From positions 391 through 64,390 of the forward strand of contig JAFGLO010000011.1 of NCBI GenBank assembly GCA_016927995.1: a stretch of 64,000 nt of DNA. The letters run 5' to 3'. The notes below the pieces were generated by a model. It was not told where the DNA came from. It did no database searches and was given only the letters and a program-made list of their open reading frames with translations. Positions within the stretch are counted from its first letter, which is position 1, and every line of letters begins with the position of its first letter. The position numbers and the translations under genes were made by a program. This document shows positions 28,547 to 38,354 of the stretch, piece by piece. The stretch is from Candidatus Dojkabacteria bacterium. Its GTDB lineage: Bacteria > Patescibacteriota > Dojkabacteria > JAFGLO01.

Positions 28547-29154
28547 TATATTGATTTAATAAGTTCAAATAAGGCATGGCGCTCTATTTTATCTAGTATA
28601 CCTATATCGAGACGGTACTCTTCGGTTGCATTAATAAGTTTTGTTTTGTTTCTCAAGGTATCGATTGGTATTCGATAATATAAGTAATCAAATATGGCTT
28701 TGTAAGGGCTTGCAATGCTTATTTTAAATTCTTTATTTAATATTATGAATCCATTAAACAGTTGAGCTTTTATGCTTTTGTAGTGGAAAATTCCGATCCT
28801 ATTTGTAAACTTACGTGTTGCTTTTGGGGTAACAGATGTTATAACTGAGGATATTCCCTCTGTAAGAATTCCATAGTATGATAGTGCGCTTTCCATTGAT
28901 ATGTAGGATGGTTCAACCAACTTATTTCCTACCATATAGCTGTACATTAGATTTGATTTGTGTGCGTCAAAGTATTTTTTTGTCGTATAAAAATTACGCT
29001 TTAGGCTTAAGATCTCTTTGTTTTTTATGCTTCGCTGGATATAGGTATTTATGGTTGTGGTGGGAATTGATAAGCGATCTGCAGAGACTAAAAGACTCTC
29101 TTTTGTGAAATACGGTGAATTTTCAAACTGTGAAAAAAAGGACAGCCTTTTCAT
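28546..29154 (-). CDS. AbiEi-type antitoxin
   Basis: PSYISMESALSYYG..ITSVT..ASPYKAIFDYLY; translationally coupled to the toxin. Confidence 0.88.
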   Translation of the reverse strand: MKRLSFFSQFENSPYFTKESLLVSADRLSIPTTTINTYIQRSIKNKEILSLKRNFYTTKKYFDAHKSNLMYSYMVGNKLVEPSYISMESALSYYGILTEGISSVITSVTPKATRKFTNRIGIFHYKSIKAQLFNGFIILNKEFKISIASPYKAIFDYLYYRIPIDTLRNKTKLINATEEYRLDIGILDKIERHALFELIKSI

Positions 29155-29206
29155 TTACGTTTTAATACAAATTTGTATTATATTGTAAATAAACGTTATT
29201 GTTTTG

Positions 29207-29383
29207 TCAAGTATTTTTCCTTTGGTTATACCATCTTCTAAAAAGCTCAATTGCAAATAAAACTGAATCGTCGGTTTGACCGACAAACGGTGTAAAGTCC
29301 GGGATTATATCAAGCGGCCAGATAAGATAAATTATGGCGACGATTAGTAGCCAGTTTTCTTTAAGAAAGTTTTTAATCTTCAT
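29207..29383 (-). CDS. DUF1232 (YkvA-like) small membrane protein
   Basis: YLIWPLDIIPDFTPFVGQTDD. Start probably at 29383 (MKIKNF). Confidence 0.85.
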   Translation of the reverse strand: MKIKNFLKENWLLIVAIIYLIWPLDIIPDFTPFVGQTDDSVLFAIELFRRWYNQRKNT

Positions 29384-29510
29384 TTTTCCAATATACTCCA
29401 TCACGATTAAATACATATTATCATGCCTGTGATTAAACCGCCACATTTGACAAAAGGCTTTAGATTGTGATATTGTTTCTGTAAGTAACTAAATACAGTA
29501 ACAAAGAGAA

Positions 29511-30116
29511 ATGAGATACGTTGATTTAAAGACAAAACTGAAAGAAATTGTTGTATTTAGTCTTAACGATATAAGACAATGGGATCCTTCTTTCTATAGA
29601 AATCGGTTAATTGAATGGTTAGATAAAAGATATATAATCAGATTACGTCGAGATAGATATATGTTTTCTGATACTGATATCTTTGAATCTAGGCTTTTTC
29701 ATATAGCGAATCGAATATATTCTCCTTCTTATTTATCACTTGAAACGGCATTATCTTATTATGGACTTATTCCGGAAACTGTTTATTCTATAACCTCAGT
29801 TACCACAAGAAAGACAAACGAATTTGAAAATAATTTGGGGAAATTTATGTATAGAACGGTAAATTCAAACTTATTTTGGGGTTATGACATAGTGCATGGC
29901 TCTCAGGTTGCAGAAATAGAAAAGTGCATTTTAGATTATTTTTATTTGAATCCAAATATTGATAATGAATCTGATTTTTTTGAACTAAGGTTTAATGGTG
30001 AAGATTTTTTGAAAAGATACTCAAAGGAAAAGTTTAATAAATATCTTAAAATTTTTGATAATAAGGCATTAAATAGTAGAGTAGATAAATTCATGAGGTT
30101 TTTAAAAAATGCTTGA
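29511..30116 (+). CDS. AbiEi-type antitoxin (second system)
   Basis: IANRIYSPSYLSLETALSYYGLIPE..ITSVT..AEIEKCILDYFY. Confidence 0.9.
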   Translation: MRYVDLKTKLKEIVVFSLNDIRQWDPSFYRNRLIEWLDKRYIIRLRRDRYMFSDTDIFESRLFHIANRIYSPSYLSLETALSYYGLIPETVYSITSVTTRKTNEFENNLGKFMYRTVNSNLFWGYDIVHGSQVAEIEKCILDYFYLNPNIDNESDFFELRFNGEDFLKRYSKEKFNKYLKIFDNKALNSRVDKFMRFLKNA

Positions 30117-30882
30117 TATTAAAGATATTGCAAAATATTTTGATGGAAGCCAGTATATAAGTCCTCGACATATGCTGAGGGAATATTTGCAGTATAAGAT
30201 CCTAGATCTATTTGTAGATAGTAAAATTGGTAATAAAATATCATTTCTTGGAGGTACGTGTATTCGAATTGTACATAATAGTTTTAGATTTTCAGAGGAT
30301 CTGGACTTCGATAATTTTAGTTTATCTTATGAGGAATTTATTGAAGCTTCAAAAACAATAAAGCGAGGTTTAAGCCTGGAAGGATTTGAAGTTGAAATCA
30401 GAAATATCAAAAAAGGAGCATATCATTGTAATATTAAATTCCCAGAATTACTTTATAAAAATAAACTTACTCCATTGCAATCAGAAAAGATTCTGATTCA
30501 AATTGATACTTTATCACATGGCTTTACCTATAAACCCGATGTATTTTTACTTAATAAGTTTGGTGTTATAAGAAATATTTTAGTTACACCTACTGACATT
30601 CTTTTAGCTCAGAAAATTTACGCATTGTTTAATAGAAAGCGTCCAAAAGGTAGGGATTTTTTTGATGTGATTTTCTTATTAGGTTTCACAAAGCCTAATT
30701 ATGAGTATCTTGATTACAGACTTAATATTAATAAGCCGGTTGATTTAAAGGGGTACATTTTAGAAAAAAGTGAAGGTTTAGATTTTAAAGCTCTTGGAAA
30801 GGATGTTTCTCCATTTTTATTAAACTTAGAGGATGTAAGAAAGGTTGAAAGGTTTAGGGATGTGATTGGGAGTGTTTTATAG
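30109..30882 (+). CDS. AbiEii nucleotidyltransferase toxin (second system)
   Basis: REYLQ, FLGGTCIR..RFSEDLDF, QKIYA..R..KGRDFFD. Confidence 0.93.
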   Translation: MLDIKDIAKYFDGSQYISPRHMLREYLQYKILDLFVDSKIGNKISFLGGTCIRIVHNSFRFSEDLDFDNFSLSYEEFIEASKTIKRGLSLEGFEVEIRNIKKGAYHCNIKFPELLYKNKLTPLQSEKILIQIDTLSHGFTYKPDVFLLNKFGVIRNILVTPTDILLAQKIYALFNRKRPKGRDFFDVIFLLGFTKPNYEYLDYRLNINKPVDLKGYILEKSEGLDFKALGKDVSPFLLNLEDVRKVERFRDVIGSVL

Positions 30883-30997
30883 TGAATCGTCAACCTGACC
30901 AACAAGTGGTGTGAAATCCGCGATTATATCAAGCCGGCCAGATAAGATAAATAATTGCCACTACTAGTAGCCAGTTTTGTTTTAGGAAGGTTTTCAT
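30879..30997 (-). pseudogene. Frameshifted, 3'-truncated DUF1232 copy
   Basis: MKTFLKQNWLLVVAIIYLIWP, then a +1 insertion (TGGCCGGCTTGAT versus TGGCCGCTTGAT), then DIIADFTPLVGQVDDSL; it breaks off at the abiEii stop. Confidence 0.85.
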
Positions 30998-31046
30998 GTA
31001 CTAATTGTACTATAAATTCGTGGATTTTAGTAAATTTGCGGTGATC

Positions 31047-31433
31047 TTACAGTAAGTCGCTCATATGCAAATCTTCTATCAGCTTGTCGTAGTTATACGC
31101 ATATTCCAGTTTTTGAGCTTCTGTAAACGAAAACCAGCCAAACTGTGCGACTTCACTTTCTTGGGGAACTATTTTCCCTTTGCCGATGCCTATGAAAATA
31201 TATGTGTCTGGATCTACAAAGGTAATTGGCTTAAAGACCTTTGTGATTGTAAATTTTAGGCCAACTTCCTCTTTGGCACCTCTGACAACGGCAATATCTG
31301 GGGATTCGCCTTCTTCGACAGTCTCATTTATGGGATTCCATTTCCCGGGTTCAGAATAGTCTGTTAGTGGTCGTTGAGTTAGTAATATCTTTCCATTTTT
31401 TATTATGACTCCGCATGCATGTAATTCTTTCAT
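31047..31433 (-). CDS. NUDIX hydrolase
   Basis: Variant Nudix box ETVEEGESPDIAVVRGAKEEVGL. Confidence 0.88.
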   Translation of the reverse strand: MKELHACGVIIKNGKILLTQRPLTDYSEPGKWNPINETVEEGESPDIAVVRGAKEEVGLKFTITKVFKPITFVDPDTYIFIGIGKGKIVPQESEVAQFGWFSFTEAQKLEYAYNYDKLIEDLHMSDLL

Positions 31434-31508
31434 GGTCTATTATAGCATTATATTTTGTTTTTCTCACTAGCTCTAACATACATATACATTGTACACAATC
31501 ACATATTA

Positions 31509-32027
31509 TTATGAATCCCGCATACTTTTGCCATTTTCAAGTTCGTCCATTAAAGCAGGAGTTATTTCTTTAAGCAATGTATGCCAATCTAAACCAGGAA
31601 ATTGCATCTCTGGCTCTATATAACTCCAGTACCAAAGCCGAGGTTCGTCGCCCGCCCCTATGTAAATGATGTGTCCAGGTCTTGGAATACATGGTCCTTC
31701 TCTGTCGGGAATATATTCGCCTGTTTCAATATTTCTAACTGGCTCAATATGGAAGGATTCAGAGTCTACAAGTTTAAGGTTGGGCTGGGTACCGATCCAT
31801 TTACCGTTAGGAAAATACATTCTGACTATTGCCCATTCATAGCCGGCTGCAGAAAAATGACCAATACATCTTGTTATACAGAGTGGTTTTTCACGAAATG
31901 ATGTTTCCGAGTCAAATTTCTTGGAGGTCGCAAGATTATCCCATTGGATTGTTCTTCCAATAGTATAGTAATCGGGGTGTGGTAAACCATCATTTGAAAA
32001 AGGGGCTGTAGTAATTTCTATGGACAT
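31509..32027 (-). CDS. Hypothetical protein
   Basis: 172-aa ORF filling the gap, with a -10-like box upstream. Confidence 0.6.
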   Translation of the reverse strand: MSIEITTAPFSNDGLPHPDYYTIGRTIQWDNLATSKKFDSETSFREKPLCITRCIGHFSAAGYEWAIVRMYFPNGKWIGTQPNLKLVDSESFHIEPVRNIETGEYIPDREGPCIPRPGHIIYIGAGDEPRLWYWSYIEPEMQFPGLDWHTLLKEITPALMDELENGKSMRDS

Positions 32028-32125
32028 ATGGTTTAGGCTTAACGCTTAATGAAGTATGATACTATGGGGTGGACTGATTGTCAATGGTAAAAGTTATTAT
32101 ATCTTTCTCCACTCGCGGCTATATT

Positions 32126-33121
32126 TTAGCCAAGAAGAAGTTTAAGCTCTTCGTATAGTTTATCGTTTAGCTCAAGTTTTCCTGATTTTAGGCAGGCCTG
32201 CCTAAGTTTTTGCGATTGCTCTCCTGGATAAAATATCTCTTTTACGCCTTTTTGCTTTGGAGAATTCTTAACTTCATTTATTAAAGATTCAACATCAGCT
32301 TTAAAGTCTTTTATGGATCGAAATATGGTTGGATCTATAAGAATAAAGAAAGAACCCCAGCCGCCTTTAATATTGTAACCGCATCGGGAGGTTGTTAATG
32401 CTCCCCCAAGGATTTCCACAATAAATGCGATTCCCGAGCCCTTGTGATCGGCAATAGGTAGTAACCCACCTTCCATTGATGCTTCGGGACTATTTGTTGG
32501 GTTCCCGTCTTTATCGATTGCAACGTTATCGGGTATTTCCTTTCCTTCGGCCTTTGCGAGAAGTAAGTGACCCCATGTTATTTTGCTTGACGACATGTCT
32601 AATATCAAAGGTATCCCGTTTGTTGGAATTCCAACGGTAAATGGATTTGTTCCAAAGATTTCTTTTATTGAGCTAAATGGTACAAGTCCACCCGGTGAGT
32701 TATTGAACCCGATAAAAATAATGTTATTTTCGGTGGCTTTGCGTGCATACTGTCCGATTAATCCCGAAATTGGTGCTGTATTTGTTACCCCAACGGCAAC
32801 AATTCCAGATTCTTTTACTTTGTTAAGTCCTAATTCAAGTGCTTTATTTATAACATAAAGGCCTGGTTTCTTTTGTCCGTTAACTAATATTGATACGGGT
32901 GTTTCTTTTTCTATAAAGATATCTTTTCCGCCTACAATGATTTTACCCTGCTGAACTTTTTCTATTAAAACGGGTATGCGTATAAAGCCGTGTGTTTTTT
33001 TGTTTGTGAGCTCGCCTTCAAGACAATTTTCGATACAGTACTGTGCTTCTTCTTCTGAAAATCCGGTTTTTGTCAATATTTTGGTTCCTAGGTCTGTTGC
33101 TTCTTTTATTGATATGATCAT
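32126..33121 (-). CDS. Ldh_2 family (type 2 malate/lactate/ureidoglycolate dehydrogenase-like) oxidoreductase
   Basis: THGFIR, FGTNPF, LDMSSS, HKGSG, IFYPGE. Confidence 0.92.
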   Translation of the reverse strand: MIISIKEATDLGTKILTKTGFSEEEAQYCIENCLEGELTNKKTHGFIRIPVLIEKVQQGKIIVGGKDIFIEKETPVSILVNGQKKPGLYVINKALELGLNKVKESGIVAVGVTNTAPISGLIGQYARKATENNIIFIGFNNSPGGLVPFSSIKEIFGTNPFTVGIPTNGIPLILDMSSSKITWGHLLLAKAEGKEIPDNVAIDKDGNPTNSPEASMEGGLLPIADHKGSGIAFIVEILGGALTTSRCGYNIKGGWGSFFILIDPTIFRSIKDFKADVESLINEVKNSPKQKGVKEIFYPGEQSQKLRQACLKSGKLELNDKLYEELKLLLG

Positions 33122-33166
33122 GGATAATGGTTTTTATATTAGCTACTTTTCGCTTAGAACACGTAA

Positions 33167-34180
33167 TTATTTAGTAAGCTCGATGACTTTTTGCCAGATT
33201 TCGTCATCAACGTCAACAGTTCCTAATTCGGTTGCTTTTCTTAATCGTTCAAGATTATTATCTCCAGGTACAAGAACCGTTTCTCCTTTTTTAGGCTTTT
33301 GATTCCTTATAACTATATTAAACTCCGATACTTCTTTCTTAAATGAATCTGTGGAATTAAATGCATTAATATCAATCACGATTAAAAACCCGCCGTGTTC
33401 TTCATTTACATAGGTTGGATTCATTTTATTACTTAATTTTGCCCCAACCAAAGCTCCTGTCATTACTTCAATAAGGTAGTTAATGTTATACCCTTTATAA
33501 TTTGCTCCCATTGGAAGAATATTTGAAGTTCCATCTTCGGCTAAAGCTTTGTTTACATCCCTTGTTACATTTCCCTCGCAATCAACTGCTGAATTTTCAC
33601 GCAGTTCTTTATTTTCTTTTTTACAGTTACGTATTTCAAAGTATGGAATTTGAGAAGTTGCCATGTCTATAACAATCTCTCCTTCATTTGCTGGGAAAGC
33701 GTATGAAATTGGATTGGTTCCTAAAAGTCCTTGTGTTCCGTTAAATGGGATAACTCCTGATGGACCTCCATTATATCCAGCAATGGCAAAATACCCTCTT
33801 TTGGCAAGACCTTGAGTCCACGTGTGAAGCGTATGCATTCCTCCTGAGTTATCAAGTCCTAAAATGGAAATACCTGTTTTTTGAGCTTTTTCTATGAGTT
33901 TGTCATGAATCCATTTAATTTTAAAAGTCATTGGGAGGTTATGAAAATCAAGATGTAGTAAGCTTGGAAGCTCCTTTTTTACTTCTATTTCATTTCCTTT
34001 GTATTTTTCTTGTCGCTCTGTATCTGAAATAACTTCGTCTTTTAATACATTACATCTTGGATGTTTTCTAATGTATGCTTCAGATATTTCCTCTGCAAAA
34101 TATTTTGCCTCTTCTGATGAGACGTACTTAAGGGCAATTATTTGAAGATTAGTTTTTAGCTCGGTTATGCTTACTTGCAT
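33167..34180 (-). CDS. Ldh_2 family oxidoreductase (divergent)
   Basis: LGTNPISYAFP, IDMATS, YKGY, VLVPGD. Confidence 0.88.
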   Translation of the reverse strand: MQVSITELKTNLQIIALKYVSSEEAKYFAEEISEAYIRKHPRCNVLKDEVISDTERQEKYKGNEIEVKKELPSLLHLDFHNLPMTFKIKWIHDKLIEKAQKTGISILGLDNSGGMHTLHTWTQGLAKRGYFAIAGYNGGPSGVIPFNGTQGLLGTNPISYAFPANEGEIVIDMATSQIPYFEIRNCKKENKELRENSAVDCEGNVTRDVNKALAEDGTSNILPMGANYKGYNINYLIEVMTGALVGAKLSNKMNPTYVNEEHGGFLIVIDINAFNSTDSFKKEVSEFNIVIRNQKPKKGETVLVPGDNNLERLRKATELGTVDVDDEIWQKVIELTK

Positions 34181-34315
34181 TTTTAGTGAGGTTAAAACTT
34201 AGCTAATATGTTTTATTGTACATCCGTTACATGGATAATTAAACACACTAGAAGAGGACATATTTACAATGATTTGCGATATAATAGCAGGTGACGTTAT
34301 TTAAATGATGCTGGT

Positions 34316-34729
34316 ATGGCACTTTCAATCTTTCATTTGGATGGACAGGACATAGCTGTTAGTTATATTTCGGAGAGTGAAGTATTTTCTGGAGTTATTT
34401 GTGAGGTTTATACCATTCCTTCGGCTAATGGTAAATATGATCTTGGGGTTATTTATATAGATGCCGGTAAGGAAACTCCCCTACAGCGTGTTCTTAAGGG
34501 TAGCAAAACTGTAGAAGGACATATTAGTGGAAAAGGGAAACTTTTAATTAATCAGGGTTCGGACGACGAGGTGGTTTATGAAGTTAGCGATGATATGAGT
34601 GAGCCATTTCAGATTGAGGTTAAAGTTGGTCAAACTATGAAGTGGATTGCGAATCCGGAATCAAAGCTTACCGTTTATGAAATTTGCTACCCTCCTTATG
34701 AGGATGGTAGATATGAGAATTTAGAGTAG
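34316..34729 (+). CDS. Cupin-like hypothetical protein
   Basis: Beta-rich pattern (TPLQRV..TVEG.ISGKG..GQTMKW..YEICYPPY). Confidence 0.6.
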   Translation: MALSIFHLDGQDIAVSYISESEVFSGVICEVYTIPSANGKYDLGVIYIDAGKETPLQRVLKGSKTVEGHISGKGKLLINQGSDDEVVYEVSDDMSEPFQIEVKVGQTMKWIANPESKLTVYEICYPPYEDGRYENLE

Positions 34730-35386
34730 CGTTGAGAGTGGGTTTAGTGATTTTACTTTTACAAAGACCGCCCGTTTAAAATATTGGTTGTCTGTTGAAA
34801 AGCAGATGATTTTTATACTATCTTTCGTTTGATTGATGATAGCTCTTTTGTATCCTGCTGAGTTGAAAAACGCCTCATGCTCTTCCGGATAGATAGTATA
34901 TCTCCATCCTATATCCACCATGTTATCAGTTATAAAATATGCTTTACCCTCCCACACAAACGTTGCTTCATTATTTTCAGGAGAATTTCTCACCTTAATT
35001 TGAAATTGATCTTCTTTCGAAAGAATGATCGTAGCATATGCTTGTGGTTTGCCTTTAAGAGAATAGTAATCCTTGAGGTTCTTGATTTCGCCCGTCTTTT
35101 TATCTTTCTCTAGGGTGTCAGTCATATATCCGAACTCCTCGTATTCCCCCTCCAGTAAAATGCGTTTCTTGATCTCCGAGAAGGCCGTGTAAATTTTTTG
35201 TGAGCCATCAACAGAAAGTGTAGTCAATATAGATAGCAAAATCACTCCAACTACTTTACCTGCGAAATTATCTTTATCCAAGGGATCACTAAATATAATG
35301 CAAGCAAGAAGACCAATAAAGACCAGTGATGTTCTCACAATGGGCCACCACTTGAATTTCCACAGTTTGAGTAATGTTTTTGCCAT
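34721..35386 (-). CDS. Two-TM plus beta-rich domain hypothetical protein
   Basis: Two N-terminal hydrophobic helices, LEGEY, then a beta-strand-rich C-terminus. Confidence 0.6.
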   Translation of the reverse strand: MAKTLLKLWKFKWWPIVRTSLVFIGLLACIIFSDPLDKDNFAGKVVGVILLSILTTLSVDGSQKIYTAFSEIKKRILLEGEYEEFGYMTDTLEKDKKTGEIKNLKDYYSLKGKPQAYATIILSKEDQFQIKVRNSPENNEATFVWEGKAYFITDNMVDIGWRYTIYPEEHEAFFNSAGYKRAIINQTKDSIKIICFSTDNQYFKRAVFVKVKSLNPLSTLL

Positions 35387-35464
35387 TCCTTATTTTTCTT
35401 GTTTATAGTTGTATTAATTGTCGTATTTTACTATAAACCACAATGGGAAACAAAAGAGAGAGAT

Positions 35465-36514
35465 TTAATCTTTGGACGACTTAATTTTTGTCTTTAGGTC
35501 ATCTTGTAGTTTCTTTATTAGTTGCTTTTCAAAGTCGCTTTCAATTTTTTGTGTTTTATTAAATTTAATATATTCAGAAATTGCTTTATTTTGAGCGATA
35601 TTCATTGAAATCGAGCCCTTCCCATCTAAAATCTTGTACTCATTAAACTCAAGAAACTTATCAACACTCTTAGCAAATTGTACCATTGTCAACGTTTTCT
35701 TGCTCTCAATTACGTTTTCAATATAGTCGAAGAAGCCGGAAACAGCTCGCTCAAGTTTTCTTATCTCTTTTTCTGACAAATAGTTCTTGGCAACCACTAT
35801 ATCGGATTTTAAAATACGTCCTTTGGGTGAATCTTTCCAAGTAGTTAAGCCCATGTATGGTTTCTTTTTATCGGCGTTAGAATGAATAATCTCTGCTGCG
35901 GTTTGTCCGGTTATAGCATAATGAAATTTGTTTTGAATCGTTGCAAAAAAGTCCTTTGTGATACGTGAGTTTGGATTGTAATCAATACTGCACTCCTGGA
36001 AAATGTCTGTGATTTGAAGATATATTCTACGTTCGCTTGATCGAATTGATCGGATACGCTCTAAGAGTTCTTTAAAATAATCCTTGCCGAAGTACCTGCC
36101 ATTACTCAACCTATCATCGTCCATTGCAAATCCTTTGATTATGTACTCTTTTAGTCGTTCTGTTGCCCAAATTCTAAATCTTGTTGCTTGTGAAGAGTTA
36201 ACCCTATAACCGACCGAAATTATTGCATCGAGGTTATAAAACTCGATTCTTCTGGAAACTTTGCGCATTCCCTCGTTTTGAACTATCCGGAATTTCCGGA
36301 TGGTTGAATCTCGTTGTAATTCTCCGCTTAAATATATGTTTTTTAAATGTTCGTTAATTGTTCTAACGTCAACACCGAATAGATCTGCCATTCTCTTTTG
36401 AGTTAGCCATATGTTCTCATTCGCAAAAAATACCTCCACCTTGATTTCTCCATCTGGTGCCGTATATAACAGGAATTCATTTAGTTCTTGTTTTATTGAA
36501 AGAGTATTCTTCAT
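35465..36514 (-). CDS. rhuM: RhuM family protein
   Basis: WLTQKRMADLF, YNLDAIISVGYRVNS..TRFRIWAT, ERIRSIRSSERR, IQNKFHYA. Confidence 0.93.
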   Translation of the reverse strand: MKNTLSIKQELNEFLLYTAPDGEIKVEVFFANENIWLTQKRMADLFGVDVRTINEHLKNIYLSGELQRDSTIRKFRIVQNEGMRKVSRRIEFYNLDAIISVGYRVNSSQATRFRIWATERLKEYIIKGFAMDDDRLSNGRYFGKDYFKELLERIRSIRSSERRIYLQITDIFQECSIDYNPNSRITKDFFATIQNKFHYAITGQTAAEIIHSNADKKKPYMGLTTWKDSPKGRILKSDIVVAKNYLSEKEIRKLERAVSGFFDYIENVIESKKTLTMVQFAKSVDKFLEFNEYKILDGKGSISMNIAQNKAISEYIKFNKTQKIESDFEKQLIKKLQDDLKTKIKSSKD

Positions 36515-36726
36515 TAATTTTGAAAATTTTTACGTAAATGCTTGTTAAAAGCCACTCCTGCCTTCTGTATTCTACTACAAACCACATCGAGAAACAAAAA
36601 GAGATTAAATAAAAGAAATAAAGTTTGTTATTTCCTACTGAATTTATTGCAAATTATTGTCAGTGGGTTTTGACTAGACACAATATACGATATAATAATA
36701 GCTGATGTTATTTAAATCACTCTTGT

Positions 36727-36988
36727 ATGACACTTTCAACCTTTAATTGGGATGGACAGGATAGAGTCATTAGATATATTTCGAAAAGTGAAGTAGTTCC
36801 CGGAGTTACTTGTGAGGTTTATACCGTTCCTTCCGCTAATGGTGAATATGATCTTGGGATTATTCGTATAGATGCCGGCTCAGAAACTCCCCTACAGCGT
36901 GTTCTTAGCGGATCCGGATTCAAAGCTTACTGTTTATGAAATTTGCTATCCTCCTTATGAGGATGGTAGATATGAAAATTTTGAGTAG
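36727..36988 (+). pseudogene. Internally deleted copy of the 34316..34729 cupin-like gene
   Basis: 5' part matches up to TPLQRVL, then jumps out of frame to the KLTVYEICYPPYEDGRYEN tail; the upstream promoter region is also similar. Confidence 0.88.
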
Positions 36989-37139
36989 GTTTGAATAAAA
37001 GGATTAACCAGGGCGGGCGCCTGTTCGCCTCTGGCGAGGAATCAGGCTTCGAACTTTTTTCAATCAAAAACCTCTTCTAAAGTCTTGTACATTTTTTTGC
37101 TGTGACATTTCCCCATTTAGGATGTTCAATCATTCTTCT

Positions 37140-37430
37140 TTATTTTATATACATCCCTACATTCAAAAAATCGATTAGCCAGAAAAGATTTACAACATAC
37201 TCTGTTATTTTTAGTATTGTTCCTTGAAAAAAGCTAGGATTATGATAGTTTAGAATAATACTACTTACGAGTATAACAATTGGAAGATCAAAAAATAATA
37301 TGTTCCCCCAAAAATATTTTTTAGCTTTATGAGACAGTTGTAACGAATATAATCCTGAACCATGAGAAAGAGTAAGTGACAACAGGAATGGTCTTGATAA
37401 TATTTTCGAAGAATATTCTTTTTGATTCAT
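37140..37430 (-). CDS. Small hydrophobic hypothetical protein (possibly a remnant)
   Basis: ORF lying between two tRNA-3'-like scars; weak support. Confidence 0.35.
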   Translation of the reverse strand: MNQKEYSSKILSRPFLLSLTLSHGSGLYSLQLSHKAKKYFWGNILFFDLPIVILVSSIILNYHNPSFFQGTILKITEYVVNLFWLIDFLNVGMYIK

Positions 37431-37675
37431 ATAATTGCTATCACAGTTAAATTTTAAGGAGATATTGTTCCTACTCAACTTGGAGAGTGGAACTTACCTT
37501 GAGCCCTTCGATATTGCGGTCAAAAACAGACATGTGTTCGTTAAACGGGGCGGAACCATTAGCCTCAATTTTACTTAAAATTAGTTTAGAGTGAATCCGT
37601 TTGGGAGATACGAGTTTCCAAAGGCAAGTTTTAAGGTTAATTATCTGTTTTTATTATAATAATATTTTTCTGTAT

Positions 37676-38215
37676 TTAAGAAATCCATGTCGGGATCGAT
37701 AAAAAAGGATCTTTGTCGTGTTGAATTCTATAATGTTTCTGTCCAGATTCACACATTGGTCCACAATGAATATGTCGCTCTTCAACCTCGACTTCTTCTA
37801 CATATCTATCAGATACTTTGTCATATACCTTTACAGTAGATAGTTCAATAAGATCTCCGATATAATAAATCGAGATTTCCGATATAATTATTTCGTTTGT
37901 AGTTAAGCCTTGCTCTTCAATATATTGTTTTATGTTTTTTGATTCTTGACTATTATACTTAACCTCGTTTAAGTAGTTAATAACGTCTGAGTAATTAAAT
38001 GTTAAAATTACGTATTCAGATTCATATATCACCGTTTTGATTTCATCAACAGGATTTAAGTTAATTGTTTTATAGGTGACTTCTATCTTGTTTTTTATTT
38101 TCACCAAATAATTGGAAATAAAAAGAACTCCAAGCAATATAAAAAGAAGAATGAAAGCTATAGCTAGCAATGGGAAGTATTTATGCGACGAAAATTTGGG
38201 GAGTTGAGACTTCAT
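37676..38215 (-). CDS. Hypothetical membrane-anchored protein with HCGPMC motif
   Basis: One TM helix; C-terminal CGPMC. Confidence 0.7.
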   Translation of the reverse strand: MKSQLPKFSSHKYFPLLAIAFILLFILLGVLFISNYLVKIKNKIEVTYKTINLNPVDEIKTVIYESEYVILTFNYSDVINYLNEVKYNSQESKNIKQYIEEQGLTTNEIIISEISIYYIGDLIELSTVKVYDKVSDRYVEEVEVEERHIHCGPMCESGQKHYRIQHDKDPFLSIPTWIS

Positions 38216-38354
38216 AACTGCATTTGTCAAACACTTAAAACGGAGCGGACGGGATATGGCTCGAACTTTTAGTTTTGATTTTATGAAAGAATGGTGTATT
38301 GAGAATCCGTTTTGGAGGTATAAGTTTCCGGAGTTGAGTTTTAATTATGATTAT

